64,000 nucleotides of DNA, from assembly GCA_028716265.1 (NCBI GenBank), contig JAQUQD010000002.1:6882-70881 (forward strand). The letters run 5' to 3'. Shown in pieces: positions 18,576 to 28,451 of the stretch; the stretch's first letter is position 1; the number at the start of each line of letters is the position of its first letter. This stretch comes from Bacteroidales bacterium (GTDB lineage: Bacteria > Bacteroidota > Bacteroidia > Bacteroidales > JAGONC01). Made by a program: the position numbers and the translations under genes. The notes below the pieces were generated by a model. The model saw only the letters and a program-made list of their open reading frames with translations. It ran no database searches and had not been told where the DNA came from.

Positions 18576-21500
18576 ATGACTATGAAGAAGATATTACTAT
18601 TCATTCTGCTGATTATCTGGGGAATGAGTTACGCTAGCGGCCATGAATGGGTGGGCATCGTATCTTCCCAACCGGGCCCGGCCACATCGCAGCTTATCGG
18701 TTCAACCCTGGACAAATCGATCATCCATTTTCGCCTCAACGGATTTTTCCTGGAGGAAGTGGCCACACCAAAGGGAACAGCTTTTCGTATCAGCCTGGAT
18801 GAGGCTACCCCTCTTCTACAGGCCGGATCGCCTGATCTGCCCAAGCTTACTGCCTCTGTCATCATCCCTGATCTTGCCCGGATGGCAGTCAAGGTCACGC
18901 ATGCGGAGTACACTGACTATCCCGATCTGTTCCTCGCTCCCTCCAAAGGCAACCTGACCCGTGACATTGATCCTTCCTCGGTACCGTATGTCTTTGGCAA
19001 AGCCTATAACCGCGACGAATATTTCCCCGGTAAGCTGGCTCAGCTCCAAACACCGTACATCCTCAGGGATTACCGTGGACAAACCGTAGCTGTATATCCT
19101 TTTCAGTATAATCCGGTTACCCACACCCTTAGAGTCTACCATTCCATGACCGTTGAGATCAAAAGCGTTGATGACGCGGGGATCAATCCCTTTTACCGGA
19201 CAAAGGAAAATGACCGCGTGGATGCCGAATTCAACCGGATCTATCAACGTCATTTCATGAATCTGCGCCAGGTCCGCTACACTCCGCTGGAGGAACAGGG
19301 GAACATGCTGGTGATCTGCTATGGCGATTTCATGGATGAGATGGAACCGTTCATCGAATGGAAAAGGATGACCGGAATCCCTATTGAGATGGTGGATGTG
19401 GCAACCATCGGGAATTCGTCACAGATAAAAACATACGTCGATAACTACTACACCACGTACGGATTGACTTTCCTGCTGCTGGTCGGCGATGCAGAGCAGG
19501 TGCCCACCCGTGCCTATGGTGGTGTTTCTGCCTCCGACAACAGCTATGGATTCATCACAGGAGACGACTCATATGCGGAAGTCTTTGTGGGACGATTTTC
19601 CGCTGAAACTCCGGAACAAGTGACAACGCAGGTCGAACGTGTCATTCAATACGAAAAAAATCCCCTGACCAGTACTGACTGGTTTACACACCAGGTGGGC
19701 ATCGCTTCCAGCCAGGGGCCGGGTGATGATAACGAACTTGATTACGAGCACATGCGAAATATTCAATCCGATGTGTTGAATTACACCTATACCTATGTAG
19801 CCGAGTTATTCGACGGAAGCCAGGGGAATCTCGACTCTCCGGGCAATCCTACTCCTGCAATGGTTGCCGCTGAAATCAACCTTGGTACCAGTATGATCGC
19901 CTACACAGGGCATGGCAGTTCATCATCCTGGAGCACTTCCGGATTTTCAAGCTCCCACGTGAACCAGCTTACGAACACTGAAATGCTGCCCTTTATCTGG
20001 TCGGTAGCCTGCAGCAACGGCACTTTTACCGGATCTACCTGTTTTGCAGAAGCATGGCTGAGAGCCACCGACACTGATGGAAATCCCACGGGAGCCATCG
20101 CCACCCTGATGTCCACCGTCAGCCAGTCATGGGATCCACCCATGGACGGACAGGATGAAATGGTGGATATCCTGGTGGAAAGCTACACAGATAATATCAA
20201 ACGGACCTATGGTGGGATTTCGGTCAATGGCTGTATGAAGATGAACGACACCTATGGTGACGATGGCTCGTATGAGACCAATGCGTGGATGTGCTTTGGC
20301 GATCCCTCACTGGTGGTCAGAACGGCCTTCCCTCAAACGATGACGGTGGCCCATAATCCGACAATATTCATTGGTGCTGCGCAATTTACGGTCACCTGTG
20401 ATGTGGAAGGCGCCCAGGTAGGCCTTACCATTGGCGATCAGCTCTTAGGCTCTGCCACCATTCAGGGTGGTTATGCCACCATCGAGTTTGAGCCCCTGCT
20501 GGCACCGGATACCATGACCGTTGTCACATCGGCCTACAACCATATTCCGGTCATCGGTGAGGTGCAGATCATCCCTGCCGAGGGCCCTTATGTCATCTAT
20601 CATGCCTTTGAGGTCAATGACTCTGAATCCAACGGGAATGGCCGGCTGGATTATGGGGAGGAAGCCTGGCTGAATGTTGAGCTGTTAAATGTGGGAAGCG
20701 AGGAAGCCAATAACCTGACGGCATCTCTGACCTCTGCAGATACGTATGTCACGATTACAGATGGCTCGGAAACCTATGGAGTGATCCCTCCCGGCGAAAC
20801 GAAAATGGTGAACAATGCCTTCCGTGTAAAAGTAGGTAACGATGTTCCGGATGGTCATATCATCCTGTACAGCCTTCAGGTTACCGGAAACGAAAGAGAA
20901 TCCTGGAACAGTAACTTCGCGGTCCTTGCCCATGCACCTGTACTTTCCATGAATACCTGGACGATCTCTGATCCGGAAGGCAACGAGAACGGCAAGCTGG
21001 ACCCGGGAGAAACCGTACAGATCACTATTCAAATAAACAACACCGGAACTGCAGATGCATACAATGCAGAAGGATCGTTGACTTCCGGTGATCCGTACAT
21101 ATCTATCAGCCAATCTCAGGCAGAAATTGGGGATATTATGGCCGGTGAAACCGGCGAAGCGACGTTTTCGGTGAACGTATCGGAGGATACACCGGCGGGC
21201 CACCTGGCAGCATTTTCACTGGATATTACGGCTGATATGGAGGTGACCAGCAATGGAAACTTTACGGCCATTGTAGGACAGATCCCCGTACTGGTCCTGG
21301 ATCTGGATCCCAATCAATCCTCCGGACTTGTCATGAAACAAACCCTGGATGATCTCGGGATCAATTCGGAATACTTTTCCAGCTTTCCTCAGGATCTGAA
21401 CCTGAATCTCTATGCTTCTGTTTTTGTTTGCCTCGGCGTTTACTGGGACAATCATGTCCTGTCACAGGACGAAGGAACGAGGCTGGCCAGCTACCTGAAC

Positions 21501-22703
21501 CTGGGAGGAAAACTCTACATGGAAGGAGGGGATACATGGGCCTACAATGAAAACACCCCCGTACATGGTATGTTTTCGATCTATGGATCAGCTGACGGTA
21601 CATCGGACCTGGGTATTCTTTACGGGCAAACCGGAACCCCGGTGGATGAAATGGTATTCGCCTATACCGGAGAAAACAAGTATATTGACCACCTTGAAGC
21701 CCTTCCACCCGCCCAGCTGCTCTTCCTCAACGAGAATCCGTCCTACGGATGCGCAGTAGCCAACGAGGCCGGTAACTACAAGACCATTGGGGCCTCCTTT
21801 GAATTCGGAGGACTGGCAGATAGCGATGCACCATCCACAAAAGCAGACCTGATGACTGGTTACCTGACATTTTTCGGTATCCAGCAGGCACCGCTGGGAT
21901 CAGCTTCAGGCACCGTCACTCAGGAAGGTACAGGGAATCCTATCATAGGTGCCCAGGTGTCCGTGGGAACCCATATGACCTATACCGATGAGAACGGAAT
22001 GTTCACAGGGAATTTCCCGGTGGGAACCTGGCCCATCTGTGCTGTTGCCACCGGATATGAAATGATCTGTGAGTCCGTCACTATTTATGTGGATTCAACA
22101 GTGGTTCATGATTTTATCCTCTCATACCTGCCTCCTCCCACCAACCTGCAGGCCGAACTGAACGAAAATATGGTATCCCTGTCATGGGAACTGGCAACGG
22201 ACAGGACCCTCAATCATTTCATCGTTTACAGAAGCAAGGACGAAGGGGAGTACAGTAAGATCGCCACACCCGTTGATCCGTTCTATACAGATATTCTGAC
22301 AATTTCCGGCCTTTATACCTATTTTGTCACAGCATTATATGATGAGGCCAGTGAAAGTGATGCCACGAACACGGCTACCGTCGAGTTCACCGCCACCGGT
22401 ATCATCAACCCCAGCCTGATCCCGCAACAAACCAGGCTTGGATCAAACTATCCGAATCCCTTCACCGAAACAACAACACTACGGTACGATCTCAGCAAGG
22501 ATGGTGATGTCTTCATTAAAATCTTCAATACCTCAGGGGAGAACGTCCGGCTACTTCTCCATGAAAATGCACAGGCCGGTCATTATGAGCTGGTATGGGA
22601 CGGCAAAGATAATTTTGGACGACCAGTGCCTTCAGGAGTGTATGTCTTCCAGTTAAAATCAGGTAACTACCTGCATTCCAGAAAAATGATCCTGATGAGG
22701 TAA
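18576..22703 (+). CDS. peptidase C25 (gingipain-like cysteine protease) with T9SS C-terminal sorting domain, paralog of the upstream gene
   Basis: 1375 aa with a signal peptide and propeptide region. Catalytic His (YTGHGSSSSWSTSG) and Cys (FIWSVACSNGTF) motifs are present. It also has a carboxypeptidase-regulatory-like module (GTVTQEGTGNPIIGAQVSVG), an Fn3-like module and the tail YPNPFTETTTLRYDL...GVYVFQLKSGNYLHSRKMILMR. Confidence 0.9.
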   Translation: MTMKKILLFILLIIWGMSYASGHEWVGIVSSQPGPATSQLIGSTLDKSIIHFRLNGFFLEEVATPKGTAFRISLDEATPLLQAGSPDLPKLTASVIIPDLARMAVKVTHAEYTDYPDLFLAPSKGNLTRDIDPSSVPYVFGKAYNRDEYFPGKLAQLQTPYILRDYRGQTVAVYPFQYNPVTHTLRVYHSMTVEIKSVDDAGINPFYRTKENDRVDAEFNRIYQRHFMNLRQVRYTPLEEQGNMLVICYGDFMDEMEPFIEWKRMTGIPIEMVDVATIGNSSQIKTYVDNYYTTYGLTFLLLVGDAEQVPTRAYGGVSASDNSYGFITGDDSYAEVFVGRFSAETPEQVTTQVERVIQYEKNPLTSTDWFTHQVGIASSQGPGDDNELDYEHMRNIQSDVLNYTYTYVAELFDGSQGNLDSPGNPTPAMVAAEINLGTSMIAYTGHGSSSSWSTSGFSSSHVNQLTNTEMLPFIWSVACSNGTFTGSTCFAEAWLRATDTDGNPTGAIATLMSTVSQSWDPPMDGQDEMVDILVESYTDNIKRTYGGISVNGCMKMNDTYGDDGSYETNAWMCFGDPSLVVRTAFPQTMTVAHNPTIFIGAAQFTVTCDVEGAQVGLTIGDQLLGSATIQGGYATIEFEPLLAPDTMTVVTSAYNHIPVIGEVQIIPAEGPYVIYHAFEVNDSESNGNGRLDYGEEAWLNVELLNVGSEEANNLTASLTSADTYVTITDGSETYGVIPPGETKMVNNAFRVKVGNDVPDGHIILYSLQVTGNERESWNSNFAVLAHAPVLSMNTWTISDPEGNENGKLDPGETVQITIQINNTGTADAYNAEGSLTSGDPYISISQSQAEIGDIMAGETGEATFSVNVSEDTPAGHLAAFSLDITADMEVTSNGNFTAIVGQIPVLVLDLDPNQSSGLVMKQTLDDLGINSEYFSSFPQDLNLNLYASVFVCLGVYWDNHVLSQDEGTRLASYLNLGGKLYMEGGDTWAYNENTPVHGMFSIYGSADGTSDLGILYGQTGTPVDEMVFAYTGENKYIDHLEALPPAQLLFLNENPSYGCAVANEAGNYKTIGASFEFGGLADSDAPSTKADLMTGYLTFFGIQQAPLGSASGTVTQEGTGNPIIGAQVSVGTHMTYTDENGMFTGNFPVGTWPICAVATGYEMICESVTIYVDSTVVHDFILSYLPPPTNLQAELNENMVSLSWELATDRTLNHFIVYRSKDEGEYSKIATPVDPFYTDILTISGLYTYFVTALYDEASESDATNTATVEFTATGIINPSLIPQQTRLGSNYPNPFTETTTLRYDLSKDGDVFIKIFNTSGENVRLLLHENAQAGHYELVWDGKDNFGRPVPSGVYVFQLKSGNYLHSRKMILMR

Positions 22704-22707
22704 CGGA

Positions 22708-23601
22708 TCAGATCACAGGAGATTCGGAAACCTGGAGCACTTCTTTCGTGTCTACATCATAAACGAAAGCAATCACACGGCATTTATACGGATCCCAGGC
22801 CGCATCCATGATGTATTTATACGTCTTTAAGATCTCCGTATCTTTCTGAACAGCATTCTCCTCAGTTGAAATACTGATTCCCCATGGCGTGTTGACGGCA
22901 CCCCGCAGCATATGATTGTTTTCATAATCCATGATATCTGGAGTAGTGCCGATATCCGGATCATTATTTTTCTGGGGAGCCACGATCTCGTCTTCCGTGA
23001 TTACAAGGCAAAGGTTCAGGTTCCTGTGGGTCTCCCTGAGGAACACCACCTGTGCGTGGGTACATAGTTTCCGTTCCGCTCCCGAATAATTGTTGATGAC
23101 CTGAATGACCAGCTCAGGCTCCCTGGCCAGTTGCTGATTGATCATTTCGCTCCATGCACCTGGTGAAAGGATATGTGATGTATTGTAACCTACCCTGTCG
23201 ACCATTCCGTTGGGATTCGCCACTTTGGAGATCCCGAACAGATTATCCCATTCTGTTCCTGCTTCCGTTCGGAAATCGGCTGAATAATCTCCTGCCATCG
23301 GCCATGCAAAAAATCCGGCATGCACTGCAATCACAGCCAATCGGTCACCCAATGCGTCCTTGAGGTCATGTGCCAGCTTGGCAGCGGTGGGGCAATTCGG
23401 GCAGGTATGGCCGGTATAGTCTTCCAGCAGCACTCTTTTTACCGGATCGTGAATATGCGGAAAATCAGGTACAGGGCATATACTGGTATCGGCCCCTCCG
23501 ACCTCGATCAAGTAAGGCGCCTCCACTTCGTCACATGAAGCCAGGAAGGAGGCTGCAACAAAAAAAAGAAAAAAATTTCTGATGGTCTTGCTCGTCATCA
23601 T
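22708..23601 (-). CDS. Omp28-related lipoprotein with thioredoxin-like CxxC motif
   Basis: 297 aa. Lipobox FLASC follows the signal sequence. VLLEDYTGHTCPNCP resembles the EEFTG-x-C-x-x-CP signature I recall for Omp28-related proteins. It starts 1 nt after the stop of the upstream gene. Confidence 0.6.
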   Translation of the reverse strand: MMTSKTIRNFFLFFVAASFLASCDEVEAPYLIEVGGADTSICPVPDFPHIHDPVKRVLLEDYTGHTCPNCPTAAKLAHDLKDALGDRLAVIAVHAGFFAWPMAGDYSADFRTEAGTEWDNLFGISKVANPNGMVDRVGYNTSHILSPGAWSEMINQQLAREPELVIQVINNYSGAERKLCTHAQVVFLRETHRNLNLCLVITEDEIVAPQKNNDPDIGTTPDIMDYENNHMLRGAVNTPWGISISTEENAVQKDTEILKTYKYIMDAAWDPYKCRVIAFVYDVDTKEVLQVSESPVI

Positions 23602-23602
23602 C

Positions 23603-25279
23603 TTAAAAGCTGCTGGTTAGTGTTAGTGTGAGTCCGTTGGAGGCCGGCACGTAACGGCATACACCTCCTACGCAGATGATACCTTCCCTCTGGCGTGCAT
23701 ACCGGAGTTCAATACGGCTGGATTCATGCATGTATCCAAATCCAAGATTGTAATAATGGAAGCGTTTGTCCTTGTCAGGATTACCATAGTTGTACTGATC
23801 AAAAACAATGAAGAACCAGTGCGGAGATATGGTATACTCAAGCAATCCCATTGCCCAGTCACCTTTGTCCTGCTCGCTCCAGAGATGCTGCAGCTCCATG
23901 CGGAGTGCATGCTTGTCGTTCAGACGGTATACCAGATCGGCAACTGCTGTGTGTGCATAGACCACAGGTTCACCCGTGTGACCTTCAATGATTTCAATAT
24001 TATACACCTGGTACATGTAAAACAGGATGGCCTTGAAGGAGGAACTGAACTTGCGCGTCAGCTCAACGTTGAACTCTTCGTAGTACTTGGTGTCACCCTT
24101 GCCGAACAGGGAAGCTTCATAACCATCTGTCCCGGGTGTGCCAATGGCTGTGGTGTCATTCAATGCGGTCCGTCCAATGTCATCCGTTCTGGAATAAGAC
24201 AGTTTGACCGTGGTGCCATATTTTCCGCCGATCTTTGTCTTTTTGGGGACCGTGTAAACCACCTGCCCAAGGTAGCCAAACTCACCTGTGGGCTGTGTGG
24301 CGTAAGGATAGATGGCAGCCAGGGAATACGCATATTGATCTGTCAGTGGCGGGAGAAAATTGATATCCAGCGTATTACCAGTCTCCGTACGTTTCGATTT
24401 AAAGCTCATGTTGTCGATATACTTGCTGCTGAGGGTGATCCCTAGTCCTTTGACCGAATAGTTGGCGTTAAGCCATATGGCCTGGCCATTCTTATAGATA
24501 TACTTATTGATGGCAGAGGGGTCGTTGTATTTAAGCGCATATTCCCCGTTCAGCGTAAATCCCCCGCGTATCAGGTTCAACCTGCCTGACCACGCACCCA
24601 CATCCAGCGGAAGGTTCAGCATGTGGGATTCATCCACCATGATCTGTTCGTCAGGCTGGTATTTGCTTACAAAGCTTCCGCCCAGGACAATCCGTGTCCG
24701 GGCGTCTGACCATTTTTTGATCACATCGTTGAAATTGATCTCTCCGTCCACTCCACGAATGATACCAGGCCCTTTGTCCCAGAAAAAACGCTGCTTCCCG
24801 ATCACTCCCTTCACGATGATCCCTTGCACAGGCTCAATTTTAGCCCTGAATCCGTCAATGGAATTATCATACCCAAGGTTCCACTCTTCGTAACTTCTTA
24901 AAACCAGACCATTTCCAAACTGCTCATAAAAATTGCCTGCTGTCAGATCGAACATTCCCTTTTTAAACTGCAGATACCGGTAAGGAATACCCTGTCCTTT
25001 GTATCGCGGGTCATAGCCGAGGATGGGATCAAGGTAGCCTTCATAGCGGATCCCTGCCGTAAAAGGTCCATTGGTATAGATCACATTCAGAAAACCGTTC
25101 ATCAGCATTTTTTCTTCCACATCCGGGGCACCGATGGCCGAGTCAGCTTTATAGGTCTGGGCATCCAGCTGAAAGCTGCCGTGAACATCGCCACCCAGAA
25201 AAGTCTGGGATTGAACAAAGGAAGGGATGAGGAAGAACAAAACAGGTATGTAACGGATGAATTGTAGAAAGTTATTCAT
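23603..25279 (-). CDS. predicted outer-membrane beta-barrel protein (DUF6029-like, by recollection)
   Basis: 558 aa. Signal peptide MNNFLQFIRYIPVLFFLIPSFVQSQ, alternating aromatic/Gly beta-strand pattern and a C-terminal LTLTLTSSF ending in Phe. It lies between two thioredoxin-fold genes. Confidence 0.55.
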   Translation of the reverse strand: MNNFLQFIRYIPVLFFLIPSFVQSQTFLGGDVHGSFQLDAQTYKADSAIGAPDVEEKMLMNGFLNVIYTNGPFTAGIRYEGYLDPILGYDPRYKGQGIPYRYLQFKKGMFDLTAGNFYEQFGNGLVLRSYEEWNLGYDNSIDGFRAKIEPVQGIIVKGVIGKQRFFWDKGPGIIRGVDGEINFNDVIKKWSDARTRIVLGGSFVSKYQPDEQIMVDESHMLNLPLDVGAWSGRLNLIRGGFTLNGEYALKYNDPSAINKYIYKNGQAIWLNANYSVKGLGITLSSKYIDNMSFKSKRTETGNTLDINFLPPLTDQYAYSLAAIYPYATQPTGEFGYLGQVVYTVPKKTKIGGKYGTTVKLSYSRTDDIGRTALNDTTAIGTPGTDGYEASLFGKGDTKYYEEFNVELTRKFSSSFKAILFYMYQVYNIEIIEGHTGEPVVYAHTAVADLVYRLNDKHALRMELQHLWSEQDKGDWAMGLLEYTISPHWFFIVFDQYNYGNPDKDKRFHYYNLGFGYMHESSRIELRYARQREGIICVGGVCRYVPASNGLTLTLTSSF

Positions 25280-25294
25280 TGTTATTCATTGTTA

Positions 25295-25834
25295 TTATTC
25301 CTGCACCTTGCCGGAGATGTCTTCGCCGGCTTTCACTTTCCGGACAAGATCGATCAGCTCAAGTTCAGCGCCTTCCGTGAAGGAAGTATGCTGCCAAACG
25401 ATCTCTCCCTTGCCGTTGATCAGAAAAGTATGAGGGATAAGGTTCACATTCATGGCCCTTTTAAAATCACCGTTGGGATCGAGATAGACCTCGTAGGACC
25501 ATCCCTTACCGTTGACAAAGGGCATTACCTTGGACGATGACCTTGAATCGTCGATGGAGATGGCAACCAGCTTCACTCCGGTCTCTTCCTGCCAGTCGTC
25601 ATAGACATCGCTGATGGTTGTAAGTTCTCGTATGCAGGGCTTGCACCATAATGCCCAGAAACTGATGATCATCGGATTGTTGTCATTGGCCAGGTCGGCC
25701 GTGTTGAAACTCTGTCCATCCATGGTCTTCACGGTAACCGCGGGTATGGTCCTGTTCCCCCTGGTATCTCCCTGGGCAAAACAGGTAACACCAGTCATTA
25801 ATACAATGAGGATGGGCAAAATGATCTTTTTCAT
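25295..25834 (-). CDS. TlpA-family thiol:disulfide oxidoreductase
   Basis: Signal peptide MKKIILPILIVLMTGVTCFAQ, thioredoxin active site FWALWCKPC and a cis-Pro region (NLIPHTFLI). An alternative start lies 4 codons upstream at 25846. Confidence 0.85.
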   Translation of the reverse strand: MKKIILPILIVLMTGVTCFAQGDTRGNRTIPAVTVKTMDGQSFNTADLANDNNPMIISFWALWCKPCIRELTTISDVYDDWQEETGVKLVAISIDDSRSSSKVMPFVNGKGWSYEVYLDPNGDFKRAMNVNLIPHTFLINGKGEIVWQHTSFTEGAELELIDLVRKVKAGEDISGKVQE

Positions 25835-25882
25835 GGGATAACGCATTGATATATGATTATATACGATTGTTATTTATTGTCG

Positions 25883-25890
25883 CAAATTTA
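25883..25890 (-). promoter_or_regulatory. putative -7 box (TAAATTTG on minus strand) for the tlpA operon
   Basis: Plus strand caaattta, 36-48 nt upstream of the candidate tlpA starts. Confidence 0.45.
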
Positions 25891-25937
25891 AATGATTTGT
25901 AATTCATGACGAGTGACGATTTCAATTTAGGTTGATT

Positions 25938-26150
25938 CTAAAGAATGGGGTATTGGGGTACCAATTCCTGTGCCATAGCAGGATCATAAGGAAAATCCGG
26001 AGGAAAATCATGATTTTTTTCTGGATGGCCACAAGAAGATGGACGAAGTAGTCCGGACATATTCCCTGTAACCTTTCTTTTAACGAATGCTACAAAATAT
26101 GCGACGAGGCAAACGATCATCGCTGTACTTTTATTCCCTTTTACGACCAT
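25938..26150 (-). CDS. hypothetical small protein with one predicted TM helix (doubtful)
   Basis: 70-aa ORF in the 320-nt manA-tlpA spacer with a hydrophobic stretch AMIVCLVAYFVAFV. I see no recognisable motif and cannot judge its codon usage by eye. Confidence 0.2.
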   Translation of the reverse strand: MVVKGNKSTAMIVCLVAYFVAFVKRKVTGNMSGLLRPSSCGHPEKNHDFPPDFPYDPAMAQELVPQYPIL

Positions 26151-26166
26151 AGGTTCTAAACTTGAT

Positions 26167-27150
26167 CTATGATTCTACATAAATCTCAAGCAGGCTGGTG
26201 AAAGGAGCAGGCACGATGGTGCAGTCGGGGATTTCGGCGGGGATGAGGACGGCATCACCACCAGAGAGTGGTAGACGGCCATCCCTGTGGACAAGATCGG
26301 CTCTTCCGCTGACACAGAGATACACAGTAAACGAATCACGCTCCTCAAGGTCTGTATGCATGGGCCGGGTAAGCTCGAGAAGATTGGTCGTGAAGTAAGG
26401 ACATCCAACAAGCGGAACGGTCTCATCCTTCCTCTTCACATAACCGGTCCGGTACTGTTCATGAACCTTAAAATCGATGGCGTCGAGGGCTTCGGCTGTG
26501 TGAAGGGTCCTGGACACTCCCCGGTGATCCACCCTGTCCCAGTCCCAGATCCGGTAGGTGATATCGGAGGCCTGCTGGATCTCTGCCAGCAGGATGCCCG
26601 GTCCCAGGGCATGCACCCTACCCGCGGGGATATGAAACACGTCACCCGGGCCGACCTTTTCAACGTTCAGGATCTCTTTAATGGTTTTGGTGCGCAAATA
26701 GTCAATGAACTGCTGATGGGTGATGTTCTTTTTGAAGCCGCTGATCAGCTCAGCATCCTTTTCCGTGGCGATCACATACCACATCTCGTTCTTGCCGAAG
26801 CTCTGATGGCGCTCCGCAGCCAGTTCATCGCCGGGATGCACCTGTATGGAAAGATAATCACTGGAGTCGATCAGCTTGAAAAGGAGGGGAAACTGCTCTC
26901 CGAACCTTTCAAACACCGATTCTCCCACAAGGTCATCCATATAGATCTCCACAAGTTCATTCAGCTCATTATCAGCAAGAAAACCATTGCTTACCACTGT
27001 GTTTTCCCCTTCGACGCCTGATATGAGCCATGCTTCACCACAGTTGGGAAGCGGGGAGAAATCCTTACCAAGGACTGTTTTGATACGCTGTCCTCCCCAG
27101 ATCTTGTCCTTGAAGATCGGCTTAAACGTGAGTGGATATAATCGATTCAT
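26167..27150 (-). CDS. manA: class I mannose-6-phosphate isomerase
   Basis: 327 aa. Motifs: LYPLTFKPIFKDKIWGG, GEAWLISG, LSIQVHP, NEMWYV and VFHIPAGRVHALGPGILLAEIQQASD (cupin metal site). Confidence 0.85.
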   Translation of the reverse strand: MNRLYPLTFKPIFKDKIWGGQRIKTVLGKDFSPLPNCGEAWLISGVEGENTVVSNGFLADNELNELVEIYMDDLVGESVFERFGEQFPLLFKLIDSSDYLSIQVHPGDELAAERHQSFGKNEMWYVIATEKDAELISGFKKNITHQQFIDYLRTKTIKEILNVEKVGPGDVFHIPAGRVHALGPGILLAEIQQASDITYRIWDWDRVDHRGVSRTLHTAEALDAIDFKVHEQYRTGYVKRKDETVPLVGCPYFTTNLLELTRPMHTDLEERDSFTVYLCVSGRADLVHRDGRLPLSGGDAVLIPAEIPDCTIVPAPFTSLLEIYVES

Positions 27151-27184
27151 ACAGGGTGGTGATAATTCATGTGACTCCTGTTGT

Positions 27185-27192
27185 CAAAAGTA
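27185..27192 (-). promoter_or_regulatory. putative -7 box (TACTTTTG on minus strand) for manA
   Basis: Plus strand caaaagta, 34 nt upstream of the minus-strand ATG at 27150. Confidence 0.4.
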
Positions 27193-27245
27193 AAAAAAAA
27201 CTGAGTGCACCGTTCTTTTAAAACCATGGTCATGATCCTTTTTGT

Positions 27246-27253
27246 TATTTTTG
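27246..27253 (+). promoter_or_regulatory. putative -7 box (TATTTTTG) for the LOG-family gene
   Basis: Exact TAnnTTTG match, 23 nt upstream of ATG 27277. Confidence 0.4.
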
Positions 27254-27276
27254 TTACCCGACAGGTTGATACAGAT

Positions 27277-27864
27277 ATGAGAAACATCGGTGTATTTTGT
27301 GGTTCCAGCATGGGACGGGAGACGATCTACCGTGAACAGGCTGCCGGGCTGGGTGAGCAGCTTGCCAGGCGCCGGATATCGCTGATATTCGGAGGAGCGA
27401 ACATTGGACTGATGAAAATGGTGGCCGACGGCGTCCTGAAAAATGGTGGCAAAGCGATTGGTGTCATGCCTCAGATTCTGGTTGACAAAGAGATACTCCA
27501 TCAATCCCTAAGCGAAGTCGTGATCGTGGATTCGATGCATGAACGCAAAGCGAAGATTGCGTCCCTGTCGGATGCATTTATTGCATTGCCCGGCGGATTC
27601 GGAACGCTGGACGAACTGGCCGAGATCCTTTCATGGAACCAGCTGGAAGTCATCTCCAAACCGATGGCCCTGTTCAACATCAACCATTATTTTGATCACC
27701 TGATCCGCTATCTGGATCACTGTGTCGAAGAAAAGTTCCTGCGTACCGAACACCGGAACAATATTCTTGTGGAAGAAAATGTCCATGTGCTCCTTGACCG
27801 GTTAATGACCTTCGTTCCTGTTCAGGTTCACAGTAAGTGGGTGGATGAGTTAAAAGCAATGTAA
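27277..27864 (+). CDS. LOG-family protein (TIGR00730; cytokinin riboside 5'-monophosphate phosphoribohydrolase-like)
   Basis: ORF 27205-27864 trimmed to MRNIGVFCGSS. Motifs: LIFGGANIGLM and PGGFGTLDELAE. Confidence 0.85.
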   Translation: MRNIGVFCGSSMGRETIYREQAAGLGEQLARRRISLIFGGANIGLMKMVADGVLKNGGKAIGVMPQILVDKEILHQSLSEVVIVDSMHERKAKIASLSDAFIALPGGFGTLDELAEILSWNQLEVISKPMALFNINHYFDHLIRYLDHCVEEKFLRTEHRNNILVEENVHVLLDRLMTFVPVQVHSKWVDELKAM

Positions 27865-27890
27865 ACGAAACATAGCAAAATGATCCTGAT

Positions 27891-28451
27891 ATGATCATCA
27901 TTGGAATTACCGGTACACTTGGGGCAGGCAAAGGGACGATCGTTGATTACCTGGTCAGGAATTTTCATTTCGAACATTTTTCGGTCCGGGCATTTGTTTC
28001 GGAGGAGGTCACTGACCGTGGCCTCCCTGTCAACAGGGACACGATGGTTGTGGTGGCCAATGACCTCCGGGCCCGGCATACACCCTCCTATATCGTTGAT
28101 GAGCTATACAGGCGGGCTGTTCAAAAAGGCAGGGACGCAATCATCGAAAGCATACGGACACCGGGAGAGGTTGATTCGCTCAGGCAGAAAAACAACTTTT
28201 ACCTCTTTGCTGTGGATGCGGAACCGCTGTTGAGGTACGAACACATCCAGCTGCGGAAAAGCGAAACGGACCGGATATCCTTCGAGACATTTCTGGATGA
28301 CGAACAGCGGGAATATTCTTCGGATGATCCCAACAAACAGAATCTGAAAAGATGCATCGAAATGGCGGATTTTCAGTTTGAGAACAACGGCACCGTCGAG
28401 CATCTGTATCTGCAGGTACAGGAAACCATTGATCTAATCATGAACCTATGA
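27891..28451 (+). CDS. P-loop nucleotide/nucleoside-monophosphate kinase-like protein
   Basis: 186 aa. Walker A GITGTLGAGKGT at the extreme N-terminus, as in adenylate-kinase/dephospho-CoA-kinase-like small kinases. Its stop overlaps the dCMP deaminase start (ATGA). The substrate is not deducible. Confidence 0.55.
   Translation: MIIIGITGTLGAGKGTIVDYLVRNFHFEHFSVRAFVSEEVTDRGLPVNRDTMVVVANDLRARHTPSYIVDELYRRAVQKGRDAIIESIRTPGEVDSLRQKNNFYLFAVDAEPLLRYEHIQLRKSETDRISFETFLDDEQREYSSDDPNKQNLKRCIEMADFQFENNGTVEHLYLQVQETIDLIMNL

Noticed and set aside
14611-22703. Whether either C25 protein is the T9SS sortase PorU.
   Set aside because: Both have gingipain-type propeptides and ordinary cleavable-type C-terminal sorting domains. 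Neither is adjacent to a porV-like gene. They look like cargo proteases. This is not fully excluded without a phylogeny.
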